A stretch of 64,000 bases of DNA from Balanoglossus misakiensis (Eukaryota; Animalia; Hemichordata): NCBI GenBank assembly GCA_040954595.2, contig CM082582.2, positions 9,849,483-9,913,482 of the forward strand, written 5' to 3'. Both the position numbers and the translations under genes were made by a program. Positions 59,801 to 64,000 of this stretch are shown here, piece by piece (position 1 is the first letter of the stretch; each line of letters begins with the position of its first letter). Below the pieces are notes generated by a model. That model ran no database searches. It was not told where the DNA came from and worked only from the letters and a program-made list of their open reading frames with translations.

Positions 59801-62800
59801 CCTGACGTACATTCTATATGGTCACATTACATGTATGTATATAAATCCGAAGCTTATTTCAGGGATTTTCGACTCGGGCAGATCGTGCACGGGAGGAGAA
59901 AAATCTTCTCCGTACACGAAACGCACCGATGAGTAATAGATGGCCTATAACCGATGTAACAGTTCTGCAATGATCATCGTTTTAAATGTACAAATGGATG
60001 AGATCAACCGAAGTCACATCAAAGTTAAAAACCCGTAGTTCCCTTTTCCACAGAACGCACGCATGCTCGTTAACATATACGTATATGCGCGCGCAGATTC
60101 ACTCACGCAACGAAATAACAAACTGCACTCGTTGCGATAGCTACTTGGTGCAAGGGTGTGCTTCGAAGGTTTGCGCATTCTTTTTCAAAATGCTTCTTTA
60201 TGTGACTGAGGATGGTAATTCGCCCATACCGCAGAGATATTGACATGCTGTGTTATTCCATATAGAAGTCGTACCATTTCAGGCACGAGGTGGCGCTCAT
60301 CAGATTTGAGAAGCCAAATAAAAATCCCTTTCCCGACAACAACTATGGCAGACCACGGTTCATCTGCGTGTGTACAATGGAAATATCAATGCCCCAAATA
60401 CTTATCTGAAATGGTGAAGCTACTGAAACCAAATGAATTGGCAACGTAGCTCCGCCATCCAAAGCACGGACCGTGGGGCGGGGGCGGGGCTGTGGCCATG
60501 ATAAAATAAAACTTTTTGCGCGAACATTTAATATTTAAAGTTTCATAGACTCACCAATATCCACCGGATCAATACTTGAGGCAATGTTCCATCAACCATG
60601 TCTGGAAGTATAACGGATTTTCTGTTAACATAACGGTAGTTCCTTCCAACTGACAGTCGCCGACATAATGGTGCTGTCCGATTCGTCCATTCAAACGTGA
60701 TATGTCAGCTGCGCTTCTGTGGACAGATGTTCGCCTTTTCTGCTTATGCGCAGCAAAACGGCAGGGGAAATGACATGAATGCGACTCCTTCGCCTGGACA
60801 CAACTGGCTTCGCTGACCGAGTAAATGTGTATTTTTTCGATTTGGACATAAGACCGTTTCGATTCGTCGCCATATCGGAGCGAACAACAACTGACTGGCA
60901 AATGCCTGTTGACCACTCGAAAATGTTTCCCTCGGCCGCTATTTTCTCAACAACAAAAACTCATCTTTTAGCTCTGCTTTGGCAGGGATTCTGTGACGCA
61001 CAAAGATCAATAATTTCGGAAATACCTCGCGAGATACACAGCCCAACTCATCAATGGGATTTCGCGAATTCCTCGAGTGGTGACGTCATTGCCGCGTTGT
61101 CTCCAATGACTAGTGGCCACTTCAACCACGCGCAGTTTGAAGTTGACATGCTTCCCGCCACAGTTCGTTGGCTTCTGTTCTCTATGGTAATCCTGGATCT
61201 CTACACGAGGAACTGGGGGGTGACAGGGTTAACCACTTCGAGGGTCTTGACGGAATTAACGGAGAGGGGTGCTTTTCAAAATGTTGACATAAAATACTAA
61301 CAATTAACACGTCACATGATAAAATGTCACTTATTAAACCTTACAAAAGACAGTATGCAAGCAAAACAATCAACACGTGCCTTTGAATTGGGCAATGCGG
61401 CCAAGAAGCGTGGGCTCAGACAATCTGTGTGCGAACTGCGAAAAATCGAGAAAAACAGTTTTTATTTGTCAAAATTTTCTATTTGCGGAGAGATACTAAG
61501 TGTATACCCCCAAGGCGGCACGTGGGTGGGGAGCGTGATCTGGCTGTTGATACAGTTTTTCTTGAACTCTGATTAGTTTTTACACCAACTTGCCAAGTCT
61601 GCTTTGTGCATTGCCCAAAAAGTCGCGTCAATCGATTCGTCCTGAACGTTGGACATTGTCAATCAATTAAGTTGAAGAAAACGTGTAGTTCGATCTCGGT
61701 GGTTCATGAGGTTGGGGCGCTAGTTCTGTTGCCAAAAGCAACATGAATATTTCAACAAGTAAAATTATGCAAGCGTTGTGATATATATAGGTTGGCGTCA
61801 TTGCTGAAGATCCGACTCGTGTATAGGGTTCCACTTCAGAAAGAATGACGTCATTGACCGGCGGAGGGAGAAAATTGTCGACGCCGTACGCACGGAACAA
61901 ATGTTCGCACTGTCACTGAAACTCGGAATAGGTCAGGTTATCCATGCGAGAGCGGTATATTATAATGCTGATTGCAACACATTTAAAAGTACGCTTCACT
62001 GCTGACTACGAATGAATCTCGAAGTATATTATGAGGGCGTTTCGACAATGTTGTTATGCTGGGAGAGGAAGGTATTATTTTCCATGGTCGTAGTTCGTTG
62101 TCAAGTTATGTTGATGCATGAAAAAACAGACACCATAAATTACACACACATGCTGCCATACACAATAGATAGCATATTTTCAGTCGAGACGACCAGAGTC
62201 TGAGGTCCAGCTGGTGTTTTGAAGCTTCTGCTCGCAAATTAGCAAGTATGTGGCTCTTGACTTCATCTTCACCTGTGGACCCATCATCCCAGCCAACTGC
62301 AGTACCGTAGGTTGGAAGGCAAATACCAGAAAAAAACCGAGCGTCCACTTTGCAGTTACGTCAGCTACAGGCTGACATCAAAGTCGGTGAAAACTTACAT
62401 GTTGTTGGAAACCGCCGAGCTTTCGCACACTTGACGCCCATCGTCTGAGAAGGAAGCTTCGTGCCTACACGGCCACATGGGGGCGCACTCGCTGAAAAAA
62501 AGCCCAACATTTGAGATGCGCTGACGTACGCCACGACGCCGGCAACCTTCTCATGTATTTTCAAATCTCGGTTTTGCGTCATTGCAACCATGGAAACGTC
62601 CTACGGGGGAAAACAGTCTACTGAGACGAATTCCTCGAATGACCTTCAAAAATGAGAGAAGGCTTGCGAAATCGAGATTTTATCTGCCGAGATTTTCACA
62701 GTGTCGGCACTGGGTATACATTTAATAAGTTCTTACAGCGAGGTTCAAGGAAGGTCATACAATAAACGCAGCCCTTTTGTTCGAAAAAAATTATCGTTAC

Positions 62801-64000
62801 CTCTGCTAGCCCATGTCTGAAAAAAATACGCCTACAAATATACGTCACCGGACAAGTGACTTATATCGCTTCCGTAATCAAGAGGTATAATTAATTGTTG
62901 TTTGTTTGCTGAAAAAATGCTTCTAAAAATAAAGTCCTCGTTTCAATAGCCAAGACTTTAATTGGTTTTAATAGTCCTGGAAATCTGACCTCGTTTGATT
63001 ATTCCGACACGCCACAAACCGTTAAATCTACCTGTTTGTAGATTTTGCATGGGGCCGTTTTTTTTAACTACTGGCACATCGACAGAAATTTTTTCAATTT
63101 TCAGGTATCTGCAATATACAGTTATTCAACGCTGATTGGTACAACGACTTTACATTGTATTCATACAATTGCTATAGATATGAAAGGTCTAGTATCATCT
63201 GGCAATCCGTTGCTACGGTAATTAACCAAGTCTCGCGAGATCTCGCAATGAGCGAAAAATAATCTACTGTAACGTCATCAGCGCTCATTGAGACGCCCAG
63301 ACTGTGAGTGCATTCGTATTCAACAACCCCCAGCATTTGTAACCTCTGTTCCCGTTTGTGGTCGTAATATTTTATTTCATGTTCGCCGCATCCTGTGCGA
63401 CCTTGGGATGCGGTGATTGTTTTTATCAGTCTGGGTGCATTTATTCAAGTCTGGTAACCGTGACCTCGTGAAACTTTTCCTTGTACTGAGAGCAACCCTT
63501 TCGCTCGGAAATACGTGGGTACTTGTTGCTTCAAGATTGGCTCATGTGAAATGGGAATTACGCTAATGTCTTGATCGGCTAGAAAGATAAACGCTGGTCG
63601 ACACACGAATTTTACTGTAGAAAAAGAGACCTGTGTGCTAAAATCGCACGTTTCTTGTAGTAATAATAATGTTTTCAATGCTGCTGCGAATGCTGCTTGA
63701 GAGGTTTCTCGGTAAGCTATCCACTTATGTTGCGCAGTGAATTAGCCAACGTTTACTTGCCACGGAGACGTACGGCAATTAAGACATTATACTTTTATTC
63801 AGCTGCGGTGGATTACAACGATATCATGCCTCTCGTATACGCCAGGGTATATTTCTCTCCCACCAGTCATTTTGCTCGTCCGTCTATACCTCCATCGTCA
63901 GGGTCCCCCGCACGGGAGAGATTTCCGTGACATTTTTTTTAAATAAGAAAGACGAGCTCCCTTGCACGGAGCTCGCATTAGCTCTCCGAGAAACGACAAA

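Noticed and set aside
60779-61300. 173-aa + strand ORF
   Set aside because: No recognisable family or coding-like composition; length is compatible with chance in 44 kb.
62106-62348. ORF with HILANLRAEASKH loosely resembling an OAR motif
   Set aside because: Weak match, no AG acceptor in place, and no homeobox exon in the window.

Overview
Eukaryotic (animal-type, GT-AG intron-containing, probably invertebrate) genomic DNA in three parts. (1) 1-~13790: an AT-rich satellite array of 87/88-bp monomers (~150 copies, running off the left edge). It has two subfamilies (A, very homogeneous; B, at the edge), irregular higher-order modules and an inverted, decayed border. All long ORFs here are artefacts of the 87 = 3x29 period. 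(2) 14061-19340 (+): a complete 13-exon secreted cellulase gene (signal peptide - CBM2 - CBM2 - Pro/Thr linker - GH9; 742 aa by manual splicing, phases consistent, DAGD and NEV catalytic motifs intact), starting only ~270 bp from the satellite edge. (3) ~19.7-64 kb: no gene I can assemble. It holds microsatellites, a foldback/MITE-like element, probable decayed Penelope-like and tyrosine-recombinase retroelement fragments, orphan splice signals, and a clear excess of TGACGTCA and RFX X-box-like palindromes. I see no compelling wholly new system. The best leads are the satellite-gene juxtaposition, the satellite architecture and the tandem-CBM2 GH9. All counts were made by eye.
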